Origin: Negaprion brevirostris
Lineage: Eukaryota
DNA: 63,582 nt
NCBI GenBank assembly: GCA_030324005.1
Contig: JARDVH010000106.1
Location: 43,893,538-43,957,119, forward strand
Reading direction: 5' to 3'
Both the position numbers and the translations under genes were made by a program. The notes under the pieces were generated by a model. It made no database searches. It worked only from the letters and a program-made list of their open reading frames with translations, and was not told the DNA's origin. Within the stretch, counting starts at the first letter, position 1. Each line of letters opens with the position of its first letter. This document shows positions 52,337-63,582 of this stretch, piece after piece.

Positions 52337-54297
52337 TGAAGCAATATTATTCTTCAGAAAGCAAGCAGAAGAATAAGCTCTTGCTTTGGAAACTGGTTGA
52401 ACATCGCCACGAATCTGTATAACTTAAAAATGGTAAGGATTATCAATTGGGGCTATTTATGTGGATCATGAAGATACATCATTTGGATTTGGGCACTTCC
52501 ATACAACTTTAGTCCGTTTTATAAGGCAGACACATTCCAGTCATACTTGGCAGTCAACAAGTATTTTTGCCTGTCGTACATGAGCACTTAACGATACTTC
52601 AATTAAGACTCATATCAAACATGTCAAAATATTTTCTCACTTTCAAAGTGGTACAGTGATAGTAAATCAGGCACTTTGTGGATAATGTTTGACTACCACC
52701 CAGATGTCAACCCGAAAGTATGAATTGCTAGTCCATTGTAGAGGCCACCTGATTTTCTTCCCAGTGAAATTAATGGGATGAAAACTAAACAGATGCTACA
52801 AAGGGTACATAATCAGTTTGCTGCATATGTGTAATGCCATGGTACTAATCAAAAAAAATTCCTCACCCAACGCCCCCCCCCCCCTCGTTTCTGAGTAAAT
52901 AAGATGACTGCAAAGAAGATGTAAACTCCATTTTAAATATGGTGCTTAACATTATTACTTCAGATGAAATGAAAACAAGAGAATCCATTTTTCCAAAATG
53001 TCGTTCTTCTGTGGGACTCAGTTGCAAGTCAATCAATGTTCTAACAACTGCCCCTTCAGGGAAGCTAGAAAAATTGGGAACTGCACTTCATAGAGGCTTT
53101 CATGGTCTAAGTGCCTGTGGTTATGACTTAAGTACAAACCACCAGCCAGAAAAGCACAGCATCAAACTTAGACCAGACACAGAACTTGTGGATCAAGGAT
53201 ATCCAATTAGCAAGAACTTTACGAATGGACATGAAGTTATATATATTAATTTCAGGCTTAATAATTTCATGTTCATTTGTAACACTTGCTGATACATATA
53301 AAATAGAGTCTCTTATTTAAACCATCATTATTGAAGCTTAACATTGGGGGATGATTTGTGTGCTTGTTGTAGTTTTAAACTGCTGTCTACCACAGGGATG
53401 CTGAATAAAAAGTGCTTCTGTCTGTTTCATGCAATTATTTATCTGCAGGAATAATTGGTTCATTGAAATTCAAACAGACAATATTGCTGACCTGCTTATC
53501 ATAAATTATGAGAAAGGATTAGAATAAATAAATTAATGGAGTGCTCAGTTCTCAAAGGATTAAGATTTGTAGACTAATTGAATAAAATACAATAAACTAC
53601 AGTCCATTTTTTTTTCTGTTCTAGAATGCAATAAGTTATCCTCTCTCTCATGAGCCTGGGTTTTCATTATTTATATAGTCACAGCTCTTAAAACCAGATG
53701 TACAAATTGATTCCATATTATCTGGAGCCGTATCGTGTCTCACTTAAAACATTCTGCAAACACCCGCTGGTTAAGTGAAATGATGGAAAGACTCCTCTTA
53801 GGCATTTTCAAATTAATAAAGTGAGCATCACTCTTGCTTTGTTTATAGATTACAAAGGGGCACAGTGGGATTTGTCCACCAGACAAAACAGCTCACTGTA
53901 ATGCATTACAGTGACCATTTTAATCAATTGTCCAGAGTAGCTACATTAGTTTTAAGCATATCTCAATATCAGTCAGCTTAAATCTGCAGGGTAAAATAAA
54001 AGTTATTTCATTTGGTCTATGCAATTACACTTAAAGTGACACCATCAATTTCCTCGCCCATTCTATAAGCAGGGCATAATAATTTGGTGCCATAGGAAAC
54101 ACAGCATCTAATTTCCATGTTTGCTGCATCTGTAAACTGACACAAATGAAACATTTGTCCCTTAGAGGGTGAGATTGTAGAATTAATAATGGGAAACCAG
54201 GAAATGGTAGAGACTTAGAGCAAATCTTTTGTATCTGTCTTCATAGAGGATGACAGAGAAAACATCCCAAAAATAATAGAAAATCATAAGGTAAAAG

Positions 54298-54846
54298 TGT
54301 CGTTGACTTTAACTATAAACAACACTGAAACTGCAGTCGACTTAGATACAGACAATAGTTAAACCCAGAGTACTCAAATCTTTAAGCTTTAATAACTTGT
54401 GCACAAGTGAGAGCACGAGGCAAGCAAAGTACTGCAGGGAGTTTTGTTGATTCATACAGAAAATTTAGCAGTTATCATTAATTACAACAAATGAGAAATG
54501 AGCAATTTTTCTAATCCTTCATTTGCATACATATTCACCAATCATAGCAGAGCCTTTTGCCCTTTCTTATCCAGTGGAAAACCAATCCTTCATTAGCATA
54601 ATATGTCCCCATATCTTGCTATTTGGTAATTGTCATGGTAACTTGTTCATTGTTTTCATCCTGTTGTCCTAGTCTAGAATGCAGTGTAGATGGAAAAAGG
54701 TTTTAGATATACTAACATATCCTGAGTACACAAGCGTTAATCTTACTGAAGGCCTGACTAATAATCATTTTCCATTACTTGACAGTTTTTCTTTTGACAA
54801 TTATGGAACTTGAATTTTCACAATTGTTTGTAACCTAACTTCCACA
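54298..54846 (-). mobile_element. Solo LTR (549 bp) inserted in CR1
   Basis: TG...CA ends and a 4-bp TSD aaag (54294-54297, 54847-54850). CR1 sequence resumes seamlessly on both sides. Confidence 0.8.
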
Positions 54847-55081
54847 AAAGGAAAGAATTGAAAACAGTTACTTTCACCATAGACAAAGTACAAGGAAAAG
54901 TAATGGGACTAAAGGCTGATAGGTCCTCTAGATCTGATGGGCTTCAAAGGAAGTGGCTGCAGAAGGAGTAGATGCATTGGTTGTAACATTCCAAAATTCC
55001 CTGTATTCTGGAAAGGTCCCATCGGCTTGGAAAATCGCAAATGTAACACCACAATCCAAGGAAGTGGGGAGACAGAAACCA

Positions 55082-55194
55082 GGAGTGGGATTTTATGACC
55101 CTGGGCCAGAAAATGAGGCAAGCTATTCAAAAGTCCATTGGCTTTGGTGGGACTGGAAGACCTTACCAACAGGAAGGGCAATACAATCCCATCC
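55082..55194. mobile_element. Short Harbinger-type MITE in CR1
   Basis: ggagtgggattttat / atacaatcccatcc termini interrupting the CR1 QKP..NC(Y)RL motif. Confidence 0.6.
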
Positions 55195-55488
55195 CAGAAA
55201 ACTGTGGACTAATTAGTCTGACATCTGTCATTGGGAAAATGCTTGAATCCATTATTAAGGGGATAATAGCAGGCCATTTAGAAAATCAGAATGCATTCAG
55301 GCAGAGTCAACATGGTTCTCTGAAAAGGAAACTATGCTTTACAAATTGATTAGAACTCTTTGGGGATTTCATCAGCAAGGTGGATAAAGGTGAACCAGTA
55401 GATGCAGTGTTTGAAATAGCAAAGGGCATTTGATAAAGTGCCACTTAAAGATTGCTGCACAAATTAAAAGCAAATTAATTTGGATGTG

Positions 55489-55848
55489 ATTTTTTTGTTC
55501 ATTTTTGTGATATGGGATTCACAGACTGGCTGGAATCTATTGCCTATTCACAATTGCCCTTGAAATGGTGGTGATGAGCTGCCTTCTTGAATCACTTCCA
55601 TAGAAAAAGAAGCCCTACAGTGCAGAAGGAGGCCATTCGGCCCATTGAGCCTGCATTGACAACAATCCCACCTCGGCCTTATCCGATAACCACAAGCATT
55701 TATCCTGCTACACGAAGGGGCAATTTAGCATGGTCAATTAACCTAATCTGTACATCTTTGGACTGTAGTCATGTGGTATAGGTACACCAGGAATATTATT
55801 AGGAAAGGAATTCCAGGATTTTGACTCAGCAGCAGAAAAGGAACAGCC
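55489..55848 (-). mobile_element. CR1/L2-group LINE 3' end, carrying a V-SINE tail-B fragment at 55599-55764
   Basis: Reverse complement of the 27300-27480 tail. The insert has gaaggaggccattcggccc...caatttagcatggtcaat...acatctttggactgt. Confidence 0.7.
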
Positions 55849-55850
55849 AT

Positions 55851-56567
55851 GGGTGGAGGCGATTTTCAGCCCATTTTGTTGTCAGAAACAACAACGACGC
55901 AGGCAGAAAATCCTACGAGAATTGGAAAATGGGATTCTCTGCAGCAATTTCCAATTTTCCACGCCCCTCACTGGCAATTCAATGCGGTTTACACTCAAAG
56001 GGTGGGAGCCTCATTTTAATAGACTCACCGAGCCCCCACCACATAATACCTGTCCACTGAATATTCAAACTTTGTCGACATAATATCACAACAGCTTTTT
56101 AAAAATGAGCTTCAGTCAAAGGGATCCCTCCAAGGGCACAAAGTTAACTATAGCCCTCCCAGTGGTGAGGGACATGCCCAGGTAGTGCCCTTGCACTACC
56201 CTGGTACAGCTTGGCATCATTTTCAACATGTACCAAGGTGAGGTGTCAGGGTACAGTGCTGGAGTGGACGATCATGGAAGTCCCATGGAGGGAGTTCCAG
56301 TTCTGTGTGGTTGGGAGAGTGAACTTAGAGGGGTGGGGGGGTGGTGGGGGGGTCACTGGCGCTATTTCTGTGGTGGTATTGGGGGGCGTTCAATAATTGT
56401 GCTAGGGTGAGGGAGAGCCTGAGTGATAGCATAAACCCCATCCACTCATTTTCTTTAGTTAGAGAGTCTCAAGATCTGGGGAGAAAGTTGGTATGTTTAG
56501 TTGGAGAGCTGCCCACCTGTTTTCAGTCTGAGCTTGATAATTGGAAAAAGCCAGGGAAGATTCCTCC
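55851..56567. mobile_element. Non-autonomous Harbinger-type element
   Basis: Termini ggaggcgattttc / gggaagattcctcc, with ggcagtgccc-type internal repeats. Confidence 0.55.
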
Positions 56568-57077
56568 TATAGTTTCAAGTCAAGTGCATGGGCATCTGCA
56601 TGGTAGTTGTAGTATAATGTGGATAAATGTGAGGTTGTCCACTTTGGTAGCAATAATAGGAAGACAGATTTATTACTTGAATGAGTGTAAATTGAGAGAG
56701 GTGGATGCTCAACAAGATCTTGGAGTCCTTGTGCATCAGTTGCTGAAAGTAAACGCATAGGTACAGCTGGTAGTAAAGAAGGCAAATGGTATTTTGGCCT
56801 TCATATCGAGAGGAATTGAGTATAGGAATAGGGATGTTTTGCTGCACTCATTTAGGATGGTGGTGAGATAACACCTGGAATATTGTGTTTTGGTGTCCTT
56901 GCTATAGACAGAGTACAGCAAAGGTTTAGCAGGCTGATACCTGGGCTGGCAGATCTGTCATATGATGGGAGAATAAATCTGTTAGGATTATACTCACTGG
57001 AACTTAGAGCAAGAGGGGATCTCATAGAAACTTACAAAATTCTAAATAGGTTAGACAGAGTAGATTCAGAATGTTCC

Positions 57078-58055
57078 CAATTGTTGCAAATGGTGCTTAA
57101 CATTGTGCATTCATCAAAAAAACCTCCCCACTTCTGACCTGATAATGGAGGAAAGGTCACTGATGAAGTAGCCAAAGGTGGTTGAGCCTTGGACATTACC
57201 GTGAGGAACTGCTACAGTAAAGTCCTGGTACCTAAATAATTGGATTCCAACAATCACAATCTTCTCCCTTTGTGCTAGATCCACTCCAACTAGTGGATAA
57301 TATTCCCCATGATTCCCATTTACTTCAGTTTTGTGAAGACTCCTTGATGACACAATCAGTTAAATGCTGCTTTGATGTCAAGGCAGTCACTCTCCCCTCA
57401 CCTCTTGAGTTCTGCTCTTTTGGTCATGTTTTGACCAAGGCCCTAATGATGTCAGGTGCTGAGTGGTTCTGGAAGAACCTAAAATAAGCACTCAACCCTC
57501 AATGACCCCTTCCATCAATTTGCTGATAATCAAGATGAGGCTAATGGGGCAGTAATGACAAGGTTAGATTTGTCTTGATTTTTGTAGACAGGACATACTT
57601 GGGCAATATTCCACATTACAGGGTAGATGCCAGTGTTACAGATGTAGTGGAACAGCTTGGCTAGGGGAGCAGCTGGTTCTTCGGCATGTGTCCCACGTAC
57701 AAATGCCAGAACCTTATCAAACTCACTGCCGATACGTATAAAATGCCTTCAACAGTTTCTTGATTTCATTTGGAATGAATCAAATTGGCTCAAGACTGAC
57801 ATCTGTGATGCTAAGGACACAGTAAGAGGTCAAGGTGTACCAGCCACTCAACACTTCCAGCTGAAGGTGGTTGCAAATACTATAGCCTTGTTTTTTAAAG
57901 GATGTATTTAGCTCCCCCATCATTGAGCAAGAAGATATTTACGAAACTCGTTGTCTAGTTGTTTAGTTACTTGTCCACCATAATTCAGAGCTGGATGTGG
58001 CAGGACTGCAGATCTTAGATCTCATCATTTGTCTGTAGAATCAATTAGGTCTGTC
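57078..58055 (-). mobile_element. CR1/L2-group LINE RT fragment
   Basis: Minus-strand ALDIKAAFN.LCH (ALDIKAAFDRVWH-like) and VPHGNVQGSTTFGYFISDLSSIIRSEVGRF (VPQGSVLGP..F..FINDL..FADD-like). Confidence 0.8.
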
Positions 58056-58375
58056 TCGTTTAAGATATGCATCAGCCAACAGGTCACTTGTCTGCACATT
58101 AGGTTCACACATCAGGTACACTTCCCCTGATACTTACTGAGCATTTCATTGTCATTTCTCCCTTGTGCTTTTCCAAAGACAATAAGAAAACTGGTTCCTA
58201 TTTTGTCATTTCCTTATCATTGTTCACATCGCTATTTCAATCCCCACCATTCGTCAGTTTTCTGCAAATATCCAAATTTGCATCCACAGCTTTGAATCCT
58301 TATGCAAATAGGTTAACCTGGAAAAGATTAGCTAATGCTACGTGGTACATTAGAATTTTATTTTTCTACATCACA

Positions 58376-59990
58376 TGTGGAATTTTCCCAAAAACTGACG
58401 AAGTGTCATCACGGAGAGAAAACCAGAGTGATTTGCACCAGTCTGGTGCAGGCAGGATTACAATTGTCCCATACTTAATGCACAAGATTTCTGTTGGGGT
58501 GGGCAGATGGGAGTTGGAGCTACCAGATACCATAGCTCCTAGTTGGAGAATCATGCAGTAATGAGAGTCTCCTTGGTCCTTCTGGCACGCCGGACCCTTG
58601 CCACCATCGGTCTGCCATCATTCAGTTCTCTTTGGGCTTATCCTCCGTTCCTTCCTGGTCCACCTCCTCTTTAGAAGAATCCATCTGGCCCTCCTCCACT
58701 AGAATGTTGCCCCGCTGCTGTACCAGGTTGTGGAGTGCCTAGCGATCACCATGATGTGGGAGAGTCTCTCGGGGCTGGACTGCAGAGCACTGCTGGATTG
58801 GGTGCAGGCAGCGAAACCAAGTTTTGAACATACCAATGCAGGGCTTGGTGATGGATCAAGTGGCAGTGTGGGCCTCATTACAGTGTGTTGCTGTCTTGGT
58901 CCCAGGCCTCTGCACTGGCATTATCAACCATGACCATAGCGGGTAGCCCTTGTCCTCCATGAGCCAATCAGGTAGCCTGGGGGTGGTCCTTGAAGACCCT
59001 GAAAGTAGCCAGGTGCCCCAGGACATAGCTGTCATGCAAAATTCCTGAATAGCATGCTCATATATGCACGATGTTAGCCAGGTGATAGCACACTATTTGG
59101 ACATTCAGGGAGTGGAACTGCTTGCAGTTAATGAAGGGAACTCCGTGATACCAAAGCGACATGCATATCGTCTATATCTCCCTCCACCTGAGGCATACCG
59201 GTGATGGCAATGAAGCCTGAAGCCCAGGCATCTTGTTGGGACTGGCAAAGATCAGAATGAATGTGGTGGGATGCTCGGGTGTACAGGGCATCCGTGATCT
59301 CCTGGATGTATTTGTAGACTGATGCCTGGGAGATGTCACACAAGTCACCTCGAATGACGCAGTGGCAAAGAAGTTCAGGACTTCTGTGTCTTCAAGGCCA
59401 CCAGGAGCAAGTATTCTCCTCCCCAAAAGGTGCCAAGTCCGCGAGAATGTGGCACAGCCACACTGTCGCCTTGTTCAAGCAGAGTCTCTGGTGGCACATG
59501 GTGACATGCAAGTGCTGTAAGGCCAAGTCTCCTTCACCGAAATCTTCTGCCACCCCTCTTGGGCCGAGGGTGGTCAGATCCTGACACTGGCCATGGCCCC
59601 TTGTTGGTCTCTTGCTGCTTCCAGCCTGGGTTAGCCTTGCTGCAGGTGGTGACATCAGTCAGCCACCACCACAGCAATGACAATTACTGCCAGCTCAATC
59701 GCAACATTCATGTGGGGGGCGGGGGGAGAAAGAGAGAGGGAGACATAGTCCACAAGTTATCCAACCCTCAATTCTTCCCAGCACCCGTGTCCTCATGATT
59801 CTGGAAACTGACAACCCTACACTATCATTCACCACCTCAGCTGGCTGCCGTCGATTATCACATCATCGCCTCAATGGCCACAGGCATTGCCCATGCCCCC
59901 TCATGATCATCAATGGTCTCAGCACAGCTGTACCCTCCCTTCACATGATATGGCATGATGTCTTCTGTACCCCCAATGCAGTTGCCTAAT
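58376..59990 (-). mobile_element. PIF/Harbinger derivative retaining only the transposase
   Basis: Left end ggaattttcccaaaaa...gagaaaac resembles 43746-43780. Contains a HARBI1-like pseudogene. The right boundary is approximate. Confidence 0.7.
58600..59660 (-). pseudogene. Harbinger DDE transposase (HARBI1-like), decayed
   Basis: LNFFATASF, CDISQASV..I..ITDAL, GMPQVEGDIDDMHVAL, FINCKQFHSLNVQIVC, HDSYVL, WLMEDKGYPLWSWLIMP, NEAHTAT..CIGMFKTWFRCL. Confidence 0.9.
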
Positions 59991-60370
59991 CGCTGGCATG
60001 AGATGCAAAGCTGCCCTTCCAGATGGTCAGCACCCCTAGATACGGACCGCTGATAACAGAGGTCATTAGCAGCAACTTGCAAATGAGATCATTGCATTAA
60101 CATATCAAAATTTCCTCTCCTAATCAGTTACTGCTTAAGATGATGTCAGGTGTTTGTTATGATTTATCTGTGATTACAGCCAATACTATAACAAATAAAA
60201 GTAGCTCAAAAATTTTGTTGGAATAAATATCAAACATATCATTAATGTTACAATTAAGGTATAATATAAATGGGTGAAGAACATTGCTGTAGACTTAGAG
60301 TGGCATTGCTGTTAATTGGCCAGCGATGTGATTTTTACATGTTTATTGAAATGTGCAATTACATTACATT

Positions 60371-60465
60371 GAACAGAAAATATTGGAAAATCTCAGCAGG
60401 TCTGACAGTACCTGTGGAGAGAGAATAGAGCCAATGTTTCAAATCTGGATGACCCTTCATCACAG
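60371..60465 (-). mobile_element. Short Penelope-type terminal fragment with a decayed hammerhead-like motif
   Basis: Minus strand gtgatgaagggtcatccagatttgaaacattggctctattctctctccacag. Homologous to 52237-52336. Confidence 0.55.
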
Positions 60466-60477
60466 CACAACTTGAGC

Positions 60478-60728
60478 AGAAGTAGTACTGAGGGATGGTT
60501 GTACCATCAGACTTGCCGTTTTTTGATAAGATGTAAAAACATCAAAGGAATATTTGGAAGAAGAACTGGAAGTTAACCTGGAGTACTGGTTTATATATAT
60601 GTATTTTGATTCAGATTAGCTGGTAATTATTGCATTGCTATTTGTGAGAACTTAATGTGTGCAAATTGGGTGCTTTATTTCTTAAACTACAACAGTGTTG
60701 TGTTTCAAAAGTATTTAATTGGCTATGT
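60478..60728 (+). mobile_element. DeuSINE fragment
   Basis: gtagtactgaggga...tatttggaagaagaac...cagattagctggtaattattgcattgctatttgtgagaac..gtgtgcaaattgg..acaacagtg..tcaaaagtatttaattggct. Confidence 0.7.
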
Positions 60729-61213
60729 GCTCATCAGTTTTTATTAAATTTAATATTTTTGACAAGAGAAACCTTTACAATGTGCATGCTTTAGAAAATC
60801 AATGCAACTGAAGTGCTTTCCTAAATCAACACAGTTAATGGAATCTTGAAATTTTTGCCTGGGACAGATATGATCTGAGTGAATTGAATCTTAAATGAAC
60901 ATTAAAAATCATGGAAAATGGCTTTGAGTGCAATTCACTTACAGCTAAAAGTTTCCGATCTTTTGTGCTGTTTTGCTCCACATTGCGCTGATATACCCTC
61001 TATATGGGTAATGAATCTATAATGCCTCTGCTAGCAGATTGATAGTCTAACTGCTAGGATGGAGGTGGCTTGAGAATATTACCAATCATTCCAAACCATT
61101 CAAATGATTACACTGCGTAGTGACTGAATGAATGAATGCTTTGAAGACCTTTCTTCATTTGATTACGGACATACAATGCAATGAGGTAAAGTGTGACTTT
61201 AAAATTAGAAAAG

Positions 61214-61937
61214 ATTTGGATTGCTTTATTAGTATACAGTGGAAAGTATTGTTTCTTGTATGCTATACAGACAAAGCATACTGTGCATAGAGAAGAAAAG
61301 GAGAGAGTGCAGAACGTAGTGTTACAGTCATAGCTAGGATATAGAGAAAGATCAACTTAATACAAGATAGATCCATTCAAAAGTCTGACCGAAGAAGCTA
61401 TTCTTGAGACGGTTGGTACGTGTCCTCAGACTTTTGTAGCTTTTTTCTGAAGGAAGAAGGTGGAAGNNNNNNNNNNNNNNNNNNNNNNNNNNNNNNNNNN
61501 NNNNNNNNNNNNNNNNNNNNNNNNNNNNNNNNNNNNNNNNNNNNNNNNNNNNNNNNNNNNNNNNNNNNNNNNNNNNNNNNNNNNNNNNNNNNNNNNNNNN
61601 NNNNNNNNNNNNNNNNNNNNNNNNNNNNNNNNNNNNNNNNNNNNNNNNNNNNNNNNNNNNNNNNNNNNNNNNNNNNNNNNNNNNNNNNNNNNNCGATCCA
61701 TATTACACCCATATCCGGCCCTTAGGCTCTGATTGGTAAAATCAGGCCCAGGGCCAATGAAATGGAGGCTGGTTTGCATAATGGAGTTGGCGTATGGTCT
61801 TTGGCAGAGCAGGAAGCCATACTGAGCTGTGGTACAACCAGAAAGAATGCTTTCTATGGTATATCTGTAAAAGTTGGTGAGAGTTGTAGTGAACATGCTA
61901 AATTTCCTTAGCCTCCTGAGAAAGTACAGGTGTTGGA
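61214..61937 (-). mobile_element. Rex1/Babar LINE 3' end (contains an N gap and a probable insertion)
   Basis: LYFLRRLRKFSMFTTTLTNFYRYTIESILSGCTTAQYG plus a 3' UTR homologous to 2090-2330. Confidence 0.85.
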
Positions 61938-62351
61938 TTTAAATAAATTGTTACAATGATAAGAATGAGTACGGTATTCAGGTTCTTCTGACTGAGAAAA
62001 TCAAAGATATTTGGCAACTTATTGATGATTTGGGTTGTGCTGATTCATATGATTCTTTATCATAAAGTCCTCATGATAGGCCTATTAAATATTTACACAA
62101 AATCACAAAAAATACTATGGATTAATGCCAAGAAGCTGGAGTACTGGAGTTGATTTTAAATACGTACTACATTATGCAGACCACAAATAATGCATTTCTA
62201 ATGATTTTCATTTAATAGATGAAAATTAATACAATAAAACACTTAACTTAAAGCAAGGCTGTCATGGTCAATTAGATATTTGGATTAAGACATTCATAGC
62301 TATTGACAACTGGTCTAATTACTCTCCTATCTAGCTTTACTTACTCACTAA

Positions 62352-62674
62352 ATAGAAATCACAGAGTCCCTCCAGCACAAAAGGAGGTCATTTGGCTAAT
62401 CAAAGCTTCACCATTACAAATCCCACCCAAGTCCTATCCCTGTAACCCAACATATTTACCCTGCTAGTTCCTCTGATATTAAGGGGTAATTTTGCATGGC
62501 CAATCCACTTAACCAGCACATCTTTGGAGTGCGGGAAGAAACCAGAGCACCTGCAGGAAACCCACACAGACACAGGGAGAATATGCAAACTCCACATAAA
62601 CACTCTCCCAAGCCCAGAATTGAACTCGGGTCTCTGGCACTGTGAGACAACAGTGCTAACCTCCAGGCCGCCCC
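62352..62674 (-). mobile_element. V-SINE (HE1), CR1-type tail B
   Basis: Reverse-strand tRNA head, V-domain, and tail aaatgacctccttttgtgctggagggactctgtgatttctat. Confidence 0.9.
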
Positions 62675-63450
62675 AAATTAAGTCAGTATGCTACAGCAGG
62701 AAAATTGGTAAAATCTGCTCTTTTTGCTTCAAGATTTTTTGATTTTGTAAATGAAGTACGTGGCAAAATGCAACACAGTGATAATGAAGCAGAAATACAT
62801 AAAATGAAAATCAAGATTTTTTTTTGAATGGTTGCCATCTCATTGTCATTTGTGTCAGATGTAAACTGATCTTAAACGCACAACACACATGCATCAATGT
62901 AACTCAGGAGCTGCGTTCTGATTTGTCTCCAAAATTCAATGAAGCCGAAAGGAGCGAAACTATTTCCAATCGATCATATCATACCACTCAGCATTCACAC
63001 CAGGGGTCAGCAGAGCTTTGTGCATCCATTCCCATAGATCACTTTAAAACTGTTAGTTTCCACAGCTTTAAAACAGGCATTGATTATGGCTGAGGTAACA
63101 AACCCACAATAGCATTATAAGTATACAGTCTCTCTGTCAACCTTTAACATAGGTCAGACCTTCGTCACCCAGATTTAAAACTGCCTAGTGGTCCACTGAA
63201 AGCGGCTAACAACTTAGTGAATGGTCTGAAAGACATAACACTCCTGCTGGCCCATTAATTGCAAATCCCAGTCCAAGAGCAGATATGTAAATCTAGTTAA
63301 CCATAACTAAGTAGCATTGCTTTGTCATTACAAGGCAAAACAACATACAATTCACAGGATAACACTTAAGTACTGTACCATATAGACACAATGAGACCTG
63401 TATCTGGAGCAGAACAGCAGCATTCACAGTGTTCCACTGATTCAAAAGCC

Positions 63451-63582
63451 AAAGTAAAAAGTCTGACAACACCAGGTTTAAGTCCAACCGATTTATTTGA
63501 CAGTAAACTCACAAGCTTTCGGGGTTAGTCCCTTCATCAGGTGAATGGAGAGTTCTGGCCTCAGACAGAGCATATAAAGCAC
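63451..63582 (-). mobile_element. Penelope element 3' terminus (continues beyond the window)
   Basis: Homologous to 11780-11910 (agtaa..agtct..caacaccag.tt.aagtccaac..cacaagcttt..ccttcatcaggtga). Confidence 0.85.
63507..63546 (-). ncRNA. Minimal type I hammerhead ribozyme, core apparently intact
   Basis: attcac-CTGATGA-a-ggg-actaac-ccc-GAA-AGCT-T-gtgagt: 6-bp helix I, short helix II and palindromic helix III. Confidence 0.7.

Larger units (their letters stand above)
54165..57075 (+). mobile_element. CR1 LINE ORF2 remnant split by several nested insertions
   Basis: VDALVVTFQNSLYSGKVPSAWKIANVTP, LISLTSVIGKMLESIIK..QSQHG, YNVDKCEVVHFG, QQDLGVLVH and GLYSLE..RGDLIETYKIL. Confidence 0.85.

Noticed and set aside
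58600-59660. Possible domesticated HARBI1 gene
   Set aside because: Multiple stops and frameshifts and an adjacent transposon terminus indicate a dead transposon copy.

Overview
Repeat-rich, draft-quality vertebrate genomic DNA with many short N gaps. It is almost certainly a shark or other elasmobranch, judging from HE1-type V-SINEs, DeuSINE and MetaSINE copies, CR1 and Rex1/Babar LINE fragments, Penelope elements and PIF/Harbinger derivatives. I recognise no intact host protein-coding gene; the window looks like a large intron or gene desert with several TE-free, CNE-like stretches. The most unusual structure is at ~1.5-7.1 kb. It is an old two-LTR retroelement (LTRs ~70% identical, PBS-like and PPT-like sites, last codons of a Gypsy-type integrase). 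The pol region appears to be replaced by a decayed ~1.7-kb coiled-coil reading frame that lines up collinearly with the UACA/RAI14 family, which suggests a host-gene-carrying non-autonomous LTR element. Other notable items: a Penelope RT/GIY-YIG element containing a TSD-flanked palindromic insert built from Penelope termini, minimal hammerhead ribozyme motifs (one apparently intact), complementary Myb-only and transposase-only Harbinger derivatives, perfect inverted repeats, and V-SINEs with two different 3' tails. All family assignments come from recalled motifs, not database searches.
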